From Chitinophagales bacterium (GTDB lineage Bacteria; Bacteroidota; Bacteroidia; Chitinophagales; JADIYW01), in contig JBIKPT010000003.1 in NCBI GenBank assembly GCA_044357355.1, positions 1 through 54,596 of the forward strand: a stretch of 54,596 bases of DNA. Reading direction: 5' to 3'. The notes beneath the pieces are model-generated. The model did no database searches and was not told the origin of the DNA. It saw only the letters and a list, made by a program, of their open reading frames with translations. The position numbers and the translations under genes were made by a program. Below are positions 1-9,825 of the stretch, piece by piece (the first letter of the stretch is position 1; every line of letters starts with the position of its first letter).

Positions 1-858
1 ACACCTTATCTGGTGGATAAATCATTTACTAAAATAAAAGATTTGTACAATATTTTTGAAGGCCCTTACAGCGAAGGCCTGGCTAAGGCAAAACAATCAT
101 ATGGCAACATAAGATTTTTTTATGATAAGAAAGGAGATGTTGCTGTTTCAATTTATTCTTGTTCTGAAACAGGAAATTTTAAAAATGGCAGAGCATCGGT
201 GAAACAGCAATATGGCAATAAATTTTACTTTATCGATAAATCCGGCAAAAAAATTAATAACGAAGAATACGATGAAGTTGGGCCATTTTCAGAATATCTC
301 GCAGGCGTAAAAAAGGAGGGGAAATCCGGTTATATAGATACTGCCGGTAAATGGATTATTCCGAATAAGTTTGATGTAGGTTCGCCTTTTTACAATGGTG
401 TTGCCATTGTAAAAGCTGGTAACGAATTTTATTTAATCAATAAAAAGGGGGAAAAGATAAATCAGGACGTATACAATGGTGCAAGCAATCCTGAAAATGG
501 AACTTATCCGGTACAGAAAGGAACAACTTATGGTTTGATTGACGACAAAGGCAAAACGTTGATTGATTTTAAATATCAGGAAGTAAAACCATTATATGAA
601 GGCTTTGCCTGGGCAAAAAAAGAGGGCAAATGGGGTTTAATAAATAGCAGCAACAAAACCATTGCCAACTTCGAGTACGACGGCGGCGATAATTGTAAAA
701 ACGGCTATGTTAAAGTATTGAAGGATAAAAAATCCGGATTGTTGGACAAATCAGGAAAGCAGATTTTGCCGGTTCAGTATGATATAATTGGTTCTGCCTA
801 TAAGGGAAGAATATTGTTGGTGCTCAATGAAGGAACGGATAAGGTGTCTTTGAAATAA
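1..858 (+). CDS. WG-repeat (KWG Leptospira-type) protein, 5'-truncated by window edge
   Basis: Frame is open from base 1; repeated units such as GKSGYIDTAGKWII, YGLIDDKGKTLI, GKWGLINSS, KSGLLDKSGKQIL, with F.EG.A.V linkers. Confidence 0.85.
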   Translation, partial: TPYLVDKSFTKIKDLYNIFEGPYSEGLAKAKQSYGNIRFFYDKKGDVAVSIYSCSETGNFKNGRASVKQQYGNKFYFIDKSGKKINNEEYDEVGPFSEYLAGVKKEGKSGYIDTAGKWIIPNKFDVGSPFYNGVAIVKAGNEFYLINKKGEKINQDVYNGASNPENGTYPVQKGTTYGLIDDKGKTLIDFKYQEVKPLYEGFAWAKKEGKWGLINSSNKTIANFEYDGGDNCKNGYVKVLKDKKSGLLDKSGKQILPVQYDIIGSAYKGRILLVLNEGTDKVSLK

Positions 859-865
859 ATACCAT

Positions 866-2362
866 TTACACCAACTCAGCTTCTTCTTTCTTCACACTAA
901 TTTTCTCTAAACTATAGTCGTTCAGGTTGATATTTTTTGTTCTGTTTCTGAATTCGAGCGTAAAGCCAGGCCATACGGTATGGTTTTTACCATCCGCGCT
1001 CAGATACCAGCTTTTGCAGCCTGAAAGCCAGATGGTGCCTTCCAGTTTTTTCTGAATTTCCTCATTAAACTTCTTTTGCACTTCTTTTTTTACATCTATA
1101 GATTTGATGTTTTGTTGTATCATTTTCTGCACCGCATCCAGAATATAATTGGTCTGCGATTCAATCATATAAATCATGGAATTGTGACCTAGACCGGTAT
1201 TCGGTCCCAGCATGATAAACAGATTCGGAAATTGATGTACACTGGTGCCGTAATACGCTTCCGGTGCATCGTGCAGCACATCTTTTAATTGTACGCCATT
1301 TTTTCCAGTCACGTTATAGTATTGGAAACTATCAGCCACATGGAAGCCGGTTCCTAAAATAACCGTGTCAATCTTACGTGATTTCCCGTCATTCGTCACC
1401 ACGCTGTCTTTCGTAAATTTCTGAATGCCATCCGTTACTACTTCCAGATTGGGTTGTGCCAGCGCCTGATAATAATTATTGGATAACAAGACACGTTTGC
1501 AGCCTAGCTTAAACATTGGTGTCAGTTTTCTGCGCAACTCAGGATCTTTAATATATTTGTTGATATGGCGTTTGCCAATCACTTCCCCTAATTTCAAAAT
1601 ATTGTCGTTATACATCATGCCCACCACCTGCGCTTCATTCAGGTAGTATATAAAATCCCGATTGAGTTTCTGAATCAGTGGAATTTTTTCAAATAAAGTA
1701 CTTTCTGTTGGTGTAAATTCACCGTCTGGTTTTGGCAAAACCCAGGGTGCAGTGCGCTGCATTAAGTATAGCTTCTTTACTTTCGGTTGAATTTCCGGTA
1801 CAAATTGTATCGCACTGGCACCGGTGCCGATTACACATACATTTTTATCGTTAAAATCGAAATCGTGCTTCCATTGAGCCGAATGAAAAACGGCTCCTTT
1901 AAAATCTTCGATGCCTTCAATATCCGGCAAGCTTGGAATATGTAAAGGTCCGTTGCCCACAATTGCTACATTCGCCTTAATGGTTTCGTTGTGCTGATTG
2001 GTCACTTCCCACATTGCTTTTTTTTCGTCGTATTTCGCCGCTTTCACTTCCCAGTCGAACAGGATATGCTTGCCTAAATCGTATTTCTTTACACAATGTT
2101 TTATATATGCCAGAATTTCCGCTTGCGGCGAGTATGCACGCGTCCAGTTCGGATTCGGTTCAAAGGAATAAGAATATAAATTTGATTTTACGTCACAAGC
2201 TGCACCGGGATAGGTATTGTCGCGCCAGGTGCCGCCTACATCATTGGCTTTTTCTACAATAGTAAAATTATGAATGCCAGCTTTTTTCAACTGGATGCCT
2301 ACACAAATACCTGAAAAACCGGTGCCGGTAATCAGGATAGAAAAATCTTTTTGGGTTGCCAT
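866..2362 (-). CDS. Flavin-dependent monooxygenase, type I Baeyer-Villiger family
   Basis: GxGxxG (GTGFSG), GGTWRDNTYPG, BVMO fingerprint FxGxxxHxxxW (FKGAVFHSAQW), second Rossmann motif IGTGASA, GCKR, GCKSWY. Confidence 0.9.
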   Translation of the reverse strand: MATQKDFSILITGTGFSGICVGIQLKKAGIHNFTIVEKANDVGGTWRDNTYPGAACDVKSNLYSYSFEPNPNWTRAYSPQAEILAYIKHCVKKYDLGKHILFDWEVKAAKYDEKKAMWEVTNQHNETIKANVAIVGNGPLHIPSLPDIEGIEDFKGAVFHSAQWKHDFDFNDKNVCVIGTGASAIQFVPEIQPKVKKLYLMQRTAPWVLPKPDGEFTPTESTLFEKIPLIQKLNRDFIYYLNEAQVVGMMYNDNILKLGEVIGKRHINKYIKDPELRRKLTPMFKLGCKRVLLSNNYYQALAQPNLEVVTDGIQKFTKDSVVTNDGKSRKIDTVILGTGFHVADSFQYYNVTGKNGVQLKDVLHDAPEAYYGTSVHQFPNLFIMLGPNTGLGHNSMIYMIESQTNYILDAVQKMIQQNIKSIDVKKEVQKKFNEEIQKKLEGTIWLSGCKSWYLSADGKNHTVWPGFTLEFRNRTKNINLNDYSLEKISVKKEEAELV

Positions 2363-2454
2363 ATTGCAAAAATTAATTGAAGTAAAGTTAGGTGTTAATG
2401 TTATCTTTCATCTGTACAAAAGCTAATTTATTTATTACAAAGAAGTATGTATAC

Positions 2455-2484
2455 GAAAACCGCCGGATTGATTTGTCCGGCGGT
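2455..2484 (-). terminator. Intrinsic terminator of the cytochrome-c lipoprotein gene
   Basis: 9-bp stem ACCGCCGGA/TCCGGCGGT with 8-nt loop, followed by a short T run on the minus strand. Confidence 0.7.
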
Positions 2485-2510
2485 CAGGTATTAGTTTTTA
2501 TAAAAGGCTA

Positions 2511-3134
2511 TTAATCTGTAATTCTGCCTCCGGCATTAATCCAGTCCATGATTTTTTGTTTGTCGTCCGCACTTAACGCTGGTCCACCTGGAGGCATATT
2601 TCCCTGGTCAATTACTCTTATTTTAATTTTCGCTTTAGAATTAACAATGTTGCAGTCAACGGATAAATCTAGCCCGCCATCTGCTGAACTGCCTCCTCTA
2701 TGGCAGTAATTACATCTGTTAATCATTAAACTTTTGACAGCATTAAATTTTGGTCCGGGTGTTCCGGTGCATGGGTTAAAGGGGGCTCCTTTGAACGGAA
2801 CTATTACCGATTTTGTTTTTTCGCAACCAGTACTGTCTTTAACAAACACAGTATATGAATTGGCAGCTAAGCCGGAAAAAACAGAAGTTGTACTATATGT
2901 TCCTGTAGAATTAAGTTTATAGGTAAAGCCAGTGCTTCCGGATGCATTTACAGAAATTCTTCCATCTGAAGAAAAAGAACTGGATGTGCTGTCAGTACTT
3001 GTGTTGATTACTATAGTTTTTCCTTCACAAGCTTTATTGGATGTAGTGTCTTCTTTGTCACAGGAAATAAAAAACATACTTAAGATAAATAACATACTTA
3101 AAGTGCTTTTTTGTTTATATGAGTTATCTGCCAT
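2511..3134 (-). CDS. Lipoprotein with SprB-like repeat and C-terminal monoheme cytochrome c domain
   Basis: Lipobox FISC followed by acidic DKED; DGRISVNASG...FSGLAANSYTVFVKDSTGC (SprB-repeat pattern); CNYCH heme motif; GNMPPGG axial Met; ...IMDWINAG C-terminal helix. Confidence 0.75.
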   Translation of the reverse strand: MADNSYKQKSTLSMLFILSMFFISCDKEDTTSNKACEGKTIVINTSTDSTSSSFSSDGRISVNASGSTGFTYKLNSTGTYSTTSVFSGLAANSYTVFVKDSTGCEKTKSVIVPFKGAPFNPCTGTPGPKFNAVKSLMINRCNYCHRGGSSADGGLDLSVDCNIVNSKAKIKIRVIDQGNMPPGGPALSADDKQKIMDWINAGGRITD

Positions 3135-3329
3135 GGTTTGTCTTTTTACAAATAATAAAATAGTTTTTTGTAATAATAATATCTATATTAACAGTTACGT
3201 TTATTTAAAACACAAAAAATAACACGTAAAAAAAGGAATTGTTTTCATGCTACTGTTTTTTACACTGACAGCTAACGACAATTACAGTCTTTTATGTAAA
3301 TCAAAAACAGATATTTCATTGCTTTGCAA

Positions 3330-3337
3330 TATCTTTG
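3330..3337 (+). promoter_or_regulatory. Bacteroidota primary-sigma -7 element TATCTTTG
   Basis: Matches TAnnTTTG; 4 nt upstream of ATG 3342. Confidence 0.65.
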
Positions 3338-3341
3338 TAAC

Positions 3342-4535
3342 ATGCTTACTCAGCGACAGCTTTTTCTGCAACACGTAGCGCAAACCAGCGATGCTCCATT
3401 AGGATTGGAAATCGAAAAGGCTGAAGGTATTTATTTATATGATGTTGCAGGAAAGAAATATATAGATCTGATTTCCGGCATCGGTGTGAGTGCGCTCGGT
3501 CATTGTCATCCAAAAGTGGTGCAGGCGGTACAGGTGCAAGCTGCCAAATACATGCACACTATGGTGTACGGCGAGTATGTGCAAAGTCCGCAGGTGCAGC
3601 TGGCGAAATTACTTGGTGATTTGCTGCCATCAACCCTGAACGCTGTGTATTTCACCAATTCAGGAACTGAAGCCACGGAAGGTGCCATGAAACTGGCAAA
3701 GCGTTACACCGGAAAAACAGAAATTATATCTTGTTACAATTCTTATCACGGCAGCACACAAGGTGCAATGAGTTTGAACGGCGATGAATATTTCAAATCT
3801 GCTTACAGACCTTTATTGCCGGATGTTCGTCAAATTCGATATAATAATTTTGAGGACATTTACTTAATTACCAATAGAACTGCAGCTGTATTTTTAGAAC
3901 CAATACAGGCAGAAGCTGGTGTCATTGTTCCGGAAAAAGGTTATCTGGAAGCCGTGCGAAAACGATGTGACGAAACAGGCACACTTTTAGTATTTGATGA
4001 AATACAAACCGGTTGCGGCAGAACGGGAAACCTGTTTCGCTTCCAAACGGAAGATGTTGTTCCGGATATTTTACTTGTTGGAAAAGCCTTTGGTGGAGGC
4101 TTGCCTTTAGCAGCTTTTATTGCAGATATAAAAATAATGCAGGTGCTGCAAAACAATCCGGTGCTTGGTCACATCACCACCTTTGGCGGAAATGCGGTTT
4201 GCTGTGCGGCAGGTCTGGCTTCTTTGCAAATTATTTCTGAGCAAAGATTGTATGAGCAGGCAGCGCAAAAAGCGCAGTTATTTATTAAGCTGCTGAACCA
4301 TGCTGCAATACAGAAAATTCATCACTGCGGATTGATGATGGCTTTGTATTTAGACAACTTTGACAATCTGAGAAAAGTAATAAATGAATGTCTGGAAAAT
4401 GGATTAGTAACCGATTGGTTTCTGTTTGCCGATAATTGTATGCGCATCGCACCGCCTTTAATTATTACGGAAGAAGAAATTCAGAAAGCATGCGGCATTA
4501 TTAATAAAGCTTTAGATAAAGTGTATACAAAATGA
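3342..4535 (+). CDS. Class III PLP aminotransferase (acetylornithine aminotransferase-like)
   Basis: FTNSGTEATEGA, SYHGST, FDEIQTGCGRTG, PDILLVGKAFGGG, HITTFGGN; start moved from TTG 3324 to ATG 3342. Confidence 0.9.
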   Translation: MLTQRQLFLQHVAQTSDAPLGLEIEKAEGIYLYDVAGKKYIDLISGIGVSALGHCHPKVVQAVQVQAAKYMHTMVYGEYVQSPQVQLAKLLGDLLPSTLNAVYFTNSGTEATEGAMKLAKRYTGKTEIISCYNSYHGSTQGAMSLNGDEYFKSAYRPLLPDVRQIRYNNFEDIYLITNRTAAVFLEPIQAEAGVIVPEKGYLEAVRKRCDETGTLLVFDEIQTGCGRTGNLFRFQTEDVVPDILLVGKAFGGGLPLAAFIADIKIMQVLQNNPVLGHITTFGGNAVCCAAGLASLQIISEQRLYEQAAQKAQLFIKLLNHAAIQKIHHCGLMMALYLDNFDNLRKVINECLENGLVTDWFLFADNCMRIAPPLIITEEEIQKACGIINKALDKVYTK

Positions 4536-4969
4536 GCAGGAAGCAGCTAAATACAAACATTATATTCAAACAATGGATGCTTGGTATTCTATTGCTGTCG
4601 CTAAATATTCTTTCTTTTGCAAAAAATTCACTGGCTGTAAAATTATCGCAGTCTGTTTTTTTGCAGATGATAAATTCTACTCAGAAATTTGATATCAATC
4701 ATGCTGCTGAATTTAAACATGTGGATGTGCCTAAAAGTTACTATAACTCTTTTCTAAGTTACATTAAAGATTCTGTTGCAGCAGAAATTCCGGAATTAAA
4801 ATCATTAGTGTATTATAGTTTTACACTCAACAATGGTACTATTTTAAACGGCGATATTTTCTGGAATAATCAGTCGAGTTATATTGTTTTTAAAATTGAT
4901 GAAAAAAAGTATGTGAATTACTTTACCAAAGATGGTGTAGCACAACTAAAAACCATATTTAAATTATAA
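4532..4969 (+). CDS. Hypothetical exported protein
   Basis: ATGA overlap with upstream stop; hydrophobic signal-like segment ending SFA; no recognisable motif. Confidence 0.65.
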   Translation: MSRKQLNTNIIFKQWMLGILLLSLNILSFAKNSLAVKLSQSVFLQMINSTQKFDINHAAEFKHVDVPKSYYNSFLSYIKDSVAAEIPELKSLVYYSFTLNNGTILNGDIFWNNQSSYIVFKIDEKKYVNYFTKDGVAQLKTIFKL

Positions 4970-4971
4970 GC

Positions 4972-6432
4972 TTGCGGAAATCATTTGTATTCAATGTCTT
5001 TTTTATGGTCTTTGTCAATTTATTGATAAAGCCGTTCTGGGTATTTGGCATCGACAGAACCGTGCAGAATAAAGTTGGCGAAGCAGAATATGGTATTTAT
5101 TTCGCGATTTTTAATTTTACCTATCTGTTTCAGATTTTACTGGATTTTGGTTTTCAGAATTACAGCAACCGAGAAGTAGCCGCAGATAATAAACGAATCA
5201 ATGAGCTGCTGCCAAACATCCTGGTTTTCAAAACAATCTTGTTTTTAATTTATCTTGTTATATGCGTGGCAGTTGCTTATCCGTTAGGTTATTTGTCTAA
5301 ACCGTTTATCTGGATTATTCTGGCGAATCAGATTTTATTGTCGTTTAATATTTACCTGCGTTCCAACGTATCGGCACATCAGCATTTTATTACAGATGCG
5401 CTCTTGTCTGTGTTGGATAAATTACTGATGATTGTTTTTTGTGCCATTTTAATTTGGGGAAATTTTGCATCCTTTCAATTGTCAATTTTCAATTTTGCAG
5501 TGGCACAGCTGGCTGCTTATTGCATCACTTTCGCGGTTTGTCTGGTGTTTGCATTAAGACTTACAGATAAATTTATAATTACGTTTAACTTGCGGCAGTT
5601 TTATGTAATCGCAAAACAAACGATGCCGTATGCGGTGATTCATTTTTTAATGACCACCTATTACAGAGTTGATGGTGTGATGCTGGAACGCTTGCAAGGT
5701 GCCAACGGAGCTGCAGAATCCGGTGTTTATGCGCAAGGCTACAGAATTATGGAGTCGCTGAATAATATCGGTTACTTATTTGCCACTATTTTATTGCCAT
5801 TGTTTGCTTATCGTCTTTCTAAAAAAACAGAAATTATAACCTTGCTCAAATCAGGTGTTTCAATCATATTTTGCGTTTCGGTTTCTTTAATCGTATGTTT
5901 ATTTGCCTATCGTTTAGAGATTATGCAATTACTTTACAGCACTTCCAATGTTCAGTATTCAGCAGAAGTCTTCGGTTATTTATTACTAAATTTCTTTCCG
6001 GTTGCCATCTTGTATGTTATCGGAACGCTGCTCACTGCCAATCAGAATTTCAGGTTAATGATTTATACCTTAGTGTTAGCTGTTATCCTAAATATCAGTC
6101 TGAATTTTATTTTGATAACACGATTTGGTGCAAAAGGAGCCGGTCAGGCAACGCTCATTACTCAAATTTTTATGCTGGTAAGCTATACCATATATAGTAT
6201 CCGTATTTTTAAATTAAAAATGAATGTATTCTATGTTTTTCAGCTATTCTCTTTCATATTATTGTGTTTACTGGTCATCGTGTTGTTGAAAAACAATATT
6301 TTTTCTGAAAATCAGATGACTGATTTCTTGATGCATGTTGCCGCTTATTTTATAACTATACCATTTATTTCTTTTTTTACAGGATTAATTGGAAAACATA
6401 CCTTTCAGTTGAAAGTGGGCGCAAACGGGTAA
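4972..6432 (+). CDS. wzx: Polysaccharide flippase (Wzx/MOP family)
   Basis: ~13-14 TM segments; YGIYFA..F..LLDFG, YYRVDGVML, GVYAQGYRI, LNFILITRFGAKGA; TTG start. Confidence 0.8.
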   Translation: MRKSFVFNVFFMVFVNLLIKPFWVFGIDRTVQNKVGEAEYGIYFAIFNFTYLFQILLDFGFQNYSNREVAADNKRINELLPNILVFKTILFLIYLVICVAVAYPLGYLSKPFIWIILANQILLSFNIYLRSNVSAHQHFITDALLSVLDKLLMIVFCAILIWGNFASFQLSIFNFAVAQLAAYCITFAVCLVFALRLTDKFIITFNLRQFYVIAKQTMPYAVIHFLMTTYYRVDGVMLERLQGANGAAESGVYAQGYRIMESLNNIGYLFATILLPLFAYRLSKKTEIITLLKSGVSIIFCVSVSLIVCLFAYRLEIMQLLYSTSNVQYSAEVFGYLLLNFFPVAILYVIGTLLTANQNFRLMIYTLVLAVILNISLNFILITRFGAKGAGQATLITQIFMLVSYTIYSIRIFKLKMNVFYVFQLFSFILLCLLVIVLLKNNIFSENQMTDFLMHVAAYFITIPFISFFTGLIGKHTFQLKVGANG

Positions 6433-6481
6433 AATCGATAAGTTTTGTTATTTTTGATGAATATTAAACTAAATTAAACAG

Positions 6482-7291
6482 ATGTTAGAAATTCTGAAAA
6501 TAGTCTTAAAATGGAAAAATCAGATTCTGATATTTACCGTTATTGCCGTTTTGGCTAGTGTCATCATTACAATGCCATTTATAATGCCTCCGTATTATAA
6601 ATCGAATATGGTCTTTTATTTATCGAATCCAACCAGTACAGACAGAGCAGCATTGTTTAACGAAAAAGAAGTTGGTGGTGTTGGTATCTTTGGCGGAAAA
6701 GAAGATATCAATCGTTTTCTGAATATTCTGAACTCTGCGGTCGTTAACCTGTATGTTATCCAAAAATACAACCTGACCAAACATTACAAGCTGGATGGTG
6801 AAGATAAATCAATGGCAACTTATTATACGCAACGAGAATTCAACAGCAACTTCGATGCCGTTCGAGATGATTTAGGTGCCATTGGTGTAAGTATGTTAGA
6901 TGTGGATCCTGTATTGGCTGCCAATATTGTAAAAGATGTGGTGGGAAAATCGGATTCTATCTATAGAAATATGTTGCAGGAAAACAAGACAACCGTGATG
7001 TCTTTGCTGGATAAACAAATTGAAGAGAAGAAAACGATTGCAAACGGAAAAGATATGGATGAATTAAAAAAACTGATTACTATCAGAGATCAGTATGCGG
7101 TTTCATCTTCAGCAGCTTTCAAAACATTATACGTGGTAGAAGAACCTGTTCCTGCAGTTAAAAAATACAAGCCGGTTCGTTGGTTGATAGTATTGGCAAC
7201 GGCAGTGGCTTCTTTTTTCCTGGCTTCCTTTTCAGCATTAGTGATAGAATTGTATAAGCATGCAGACAAATACGGATTTCAGCGTTCCTGA
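6482..7291 (+). CDS. wzz: Wzz-like chain-length determinant / polysaccharide co-polymerase
   Basis: N-terminal TM followed by PPYYKS, periplasmic coiled region, Pro-rich VVEEPVPAVKKYKPVRWLIV before C-terminal TM. Confidence 0.75.
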   Translation: MLEILKIVLKWKNQILIFTVIAVLASVIITMPFIMPPYYKSNMVFYLSNPTSTDRAALFNEKEVGGVGIFGGKEDINRFLNILNSAVVNLYVIQKYNLTKHYKLDGEDKSMATYYTQREFNSNFDAVRDDLGAIGVSMLDVDPVLAANIVKDVVGKSDSIYRNMLQENKTTVMSLLDKQIEEKKTIANGKDMDELKKLITIRDQYAVSSSAAFKTLYVVEEPVPAVKKYKPVRWLIVLATAVASFFLASFSALVIELYKHADKYGFQRS

Positions 7292-8729
7292 TTTTTTTGC
7301 CAAATATGAAAAACCGCTCTTTTGGTCAAGCGGTGTTATGGCAGTAGCATGCTTTTTAGCCGGAATTTATTATCATTTCCAATTGCTTTTTGTGCTTCCT
7401 TTTGCCTTGCTTTTTCCTGCCTTGCTTATCCTTAATTTTCGGATAGTCTTTTTTCTGATGCTCTTTGTGATGCCGGTTTCTGTTGAGACTTATCTCGGTA
7501 GTTTCGGTACAGATTTGCCTTCGGAGCCATTGGTGATGGTCTTGGCTGTTTGCACGCTTTTTTATCTTATTTTTCATTACGATGAAATCAGAAATCCGGT
7601 ATACAAACATCCAATTGCAGTATTGCTTTTGCTGATGTTTGGCTGGAGCATTTTCGCAACACTTTTTTCTACAGATGTTTTCTTGTCGATAAAATACCTG
7701 CTGGCAAAATCCTGGTACTTGCTTGGTTTTTTTATACTGCCGATAATTTTACTTCGCACAAAAAACAGCCTGAAACTATTTTTCTGGTGTTTGTTTATTC
7801 CAACATTATTGTCAGTGATTTTTGTGATGATTCGTCATGGAATTATGGGATTTACTTTTGATACGATCACCAATGCGGTACATCCGATTTATAGAAATCA
7901 TGTAAATTATGCAGTTTTTATTACGATGTTGCTGCCGTTTATTTTTCTGGCGAAAAGCTGGTATGCTTCAAATTCGTTGCTGCATAAATTATTGAAATTT
8001 TCCATTCCGTTGTTTTTGGCAGCCATCTATTTGTCTTATACGCGTGGTGCCTGGCTGGCGGTTGTTGCAATGATGGTTTATTTTCTGGTTCTAAAGTACA
8101 ACCTTACAAAGTACGTGTTGGTAGCCGTAAGTGTAGTTGCTATGTTGTTTTCTGCTTATATCCTGAAAGATAATAATTACCTGAAATACGCACCCAATTA
8201 TGAACATACCATTTACCACGATGAGCTGGCAGATCATTTATCTTCCACTTTTGAGATGGAAGATATGAGTACAGTAGAGCGTTTTTACAGATGGATAGCC
8301 GCTGTACATTTATTTAAAGAACATCCTTTAGTTGGTGTGGGTCCTAATAATTTTGTCTCCAATTATAAACAATATACTGTCACTGCATACGAAACGTATA
8401 TCAGTGATAACGAGGAAAAATCTACCGTGCATAATTATTTCTTATTGTTGCTGACAGAACAGGGCTTGCCGGCGTTTTTTCTGTATGTGGTTTTATTATG
8501 TGTAATATTATTGACAGCACAAAAATCCTATACTTCAGGTACTGAAATTCAAAAGAACTATATTGCTGCCATCACACTTTGTATCATTGTTTTTTTATTG
8601 AATAATACACTGAGTGATTTGGTGGAAGCCAATAAATTAGGGTCGCTGTTTTTTATGTGTCTGGCGTTACTGGTTAATTTCAGTGTAAATACTATTGAAC
8701 TGGAAGAAAAGAAATCATCTGTCAACTAA
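7260..8729 (+). CDS. O-antigen ligase/polymerase family protein (Wzy_C)
   Basis: Multi-TM; SYTRGAWLA, STVERFYRW, HPLVGVGPNNF, VHNYFL..LTEQG motifs. Confidence 0.85.
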   Translation: MQTNTDFSVPDFFAKYEKPLFWSSGVMAVACFLAGIYYHFQLLFVLPFALLFPALLILNFRIVFFLMLFVMPVSVETYLGSFGTDLPSEPLVMVLAVCTLFYLIFHYDEIRNPVYKHPIAVLLLLMFGWSIFATLFSTDVFLSIKYLLAKSWYLLGFFILPIILLRTKNSLKLFFWCLFIPTLLSVIFVMIRHGIMGFTFDTITNAVHPIYRNHVNYAVFITMLLPFIFLAKSWYASNSLLHKLLKFSIPLFLAAIYLSYTRGAWLAVVAMMVYFLVLKYNLTKYVLVAVSVVAMLFSAYILKDNNYLKYAPNYEHTIYHDELADHLSSTFEMEDMSTVERFYRWIAAVHLFKEHPLVGVGPNNFVSNYKQYTVTAYETYISDNEEKSTVHNYFLLLLTEQGLPAFFLYVVLLCVILLTAQKSYTSGTEIQKNYIAAITLCIIVFLLNNTLSDLVEANKLGSLFFMCLALLVNFSVNTIELEEKKSSVN

Positions 8730-9807
8730 CTGCTTTGAATTTTTTTCTGGCAAAAAGTATCATTGGTTTTTCTACTGCATAATATACTATTGTTGAAATA
8801 AGTAAGGTAGCAAACAATGTGCTGATGGTGTAAAATAACATCAGCTGAAATTCATTCTTAAAAAATGGATAAAAGAAATTCCAATTGTCCAGTAAAACCG
8901 TTATAAAAAACCAGTGCGTCAGGTAGATGCTGTAAGATATTTTTCCTATAAATAAGAGTGGTCTTGCAGATAAAAAAGCTTGTACGTTTTTGTTTTGAAT
9001 GACAAATACAAGAATACCGGCAGCACCTATTCCGGTAAACATAAATTCATCCAGAAAAAATAATTTTGATAATTCATCGTAAACATCGGTGTTCTCCATT
9101 AATGACAGCAAATGCCGAAATCCGTACAAAATAAAAATACTGCTATAAAGAAGAAACCTGTATTTGTACCAACCGGATTCTTTAAAATTAAAATTGGCTA
9201 TTTTATCGTAATAAAATGCAATGGCAATACCTAAACAAAAGTGCAAGGTAAATATAGAAATGTAATGTTTGTTCAATAAAATAGCAGCGACTGTAAAAGC
9301 AGCAAACAGTTTTTTATCATACTTAAATAATAATACTAAAAACGGAAGAAAGGCAGATAGTGCCACTTCAATTCCTAAACTCCAGCCCGGTAAATATAGA
9401 TTATGATTTTCTCTGATGAGCACTAATTCCTGAATAAGATTGTATTTATTGTGTAACGTATTTATCACAAAATCTGTAAGTGATAAATTGGCGTACGTAT
9501 AGATATAATAGATAAGCAGACAAATGATATATGCAGGATAAATTCTGAATAATCGTTTTAAAATAAAGTTTTTGTATTCCATCCATCGAAAGTCCTTTCC
9601 GGCTGATTGGTTGATATTTAAGGTGAGCACCAATCCGCTTAAAACAAAAAATAAAGAGACCGCATCGCTGCCATTAAACAACAGGAAACTAATCTTCGCA
9701 TCTGTGCGGTAGCCCCAATGATTGGAAATGCAATGAAAGATAACAACAGATAGCGCAGCCAACCCGCGAATGCTGTCTAAATACTGTATTCTGTTGGTCG
9801 TATTCAA
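8722..9807 (-). CDS. Acyltransferase family 3 (OafA-like O-acetyltransferase)
   Basis: YLDSIRGLAALSVVIFH, VSLFFVLSG, KRLFRIYP, WSLGIE, GKISYSIYLTH, VEKP. Confidence 0.9.
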   Translation of the reverse strand: MNTTNRIQYLDSIRGLAALSVVIFHCISNHWGYRTDAKISFLLFNGSDAVSLFFVLSGLVLTLNINQSAGKDFRWMEYKNFILKRLFRIYPAYIICLLIYYIYTYANLSLTDFVINTLHNKYNLIQELVLIRENHNLYLPGWSLGIEVALSAFLPFLVLLFKYDKKLFAAFTVAAILLNKHYISIFTLHFCLGIAIAFYYDKIANFNFKESGWYKYRFLLYSSIFILYGFRHLLSLMENTDVYDELSKLFFLDEFMFTGIGAAGILVFVIQNKNVQAFLSARPLLFIGKISYSIYLTHWFFITVLLDNWNFFYPFFKNEFQLMLFYTISTLFATLLISTIVYYAVEKPMILFARKKFKAVS

Positions 9808-9825
9808 AATAAAGAATAAGGAAAA

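Noticed and set aside
3250-3310. Loose hairpin CTGTTTTT...AAAAACAG upstream of the aminotransferase
   Set aside because: Almost entirely A/T pairs; expected by chance at this composition
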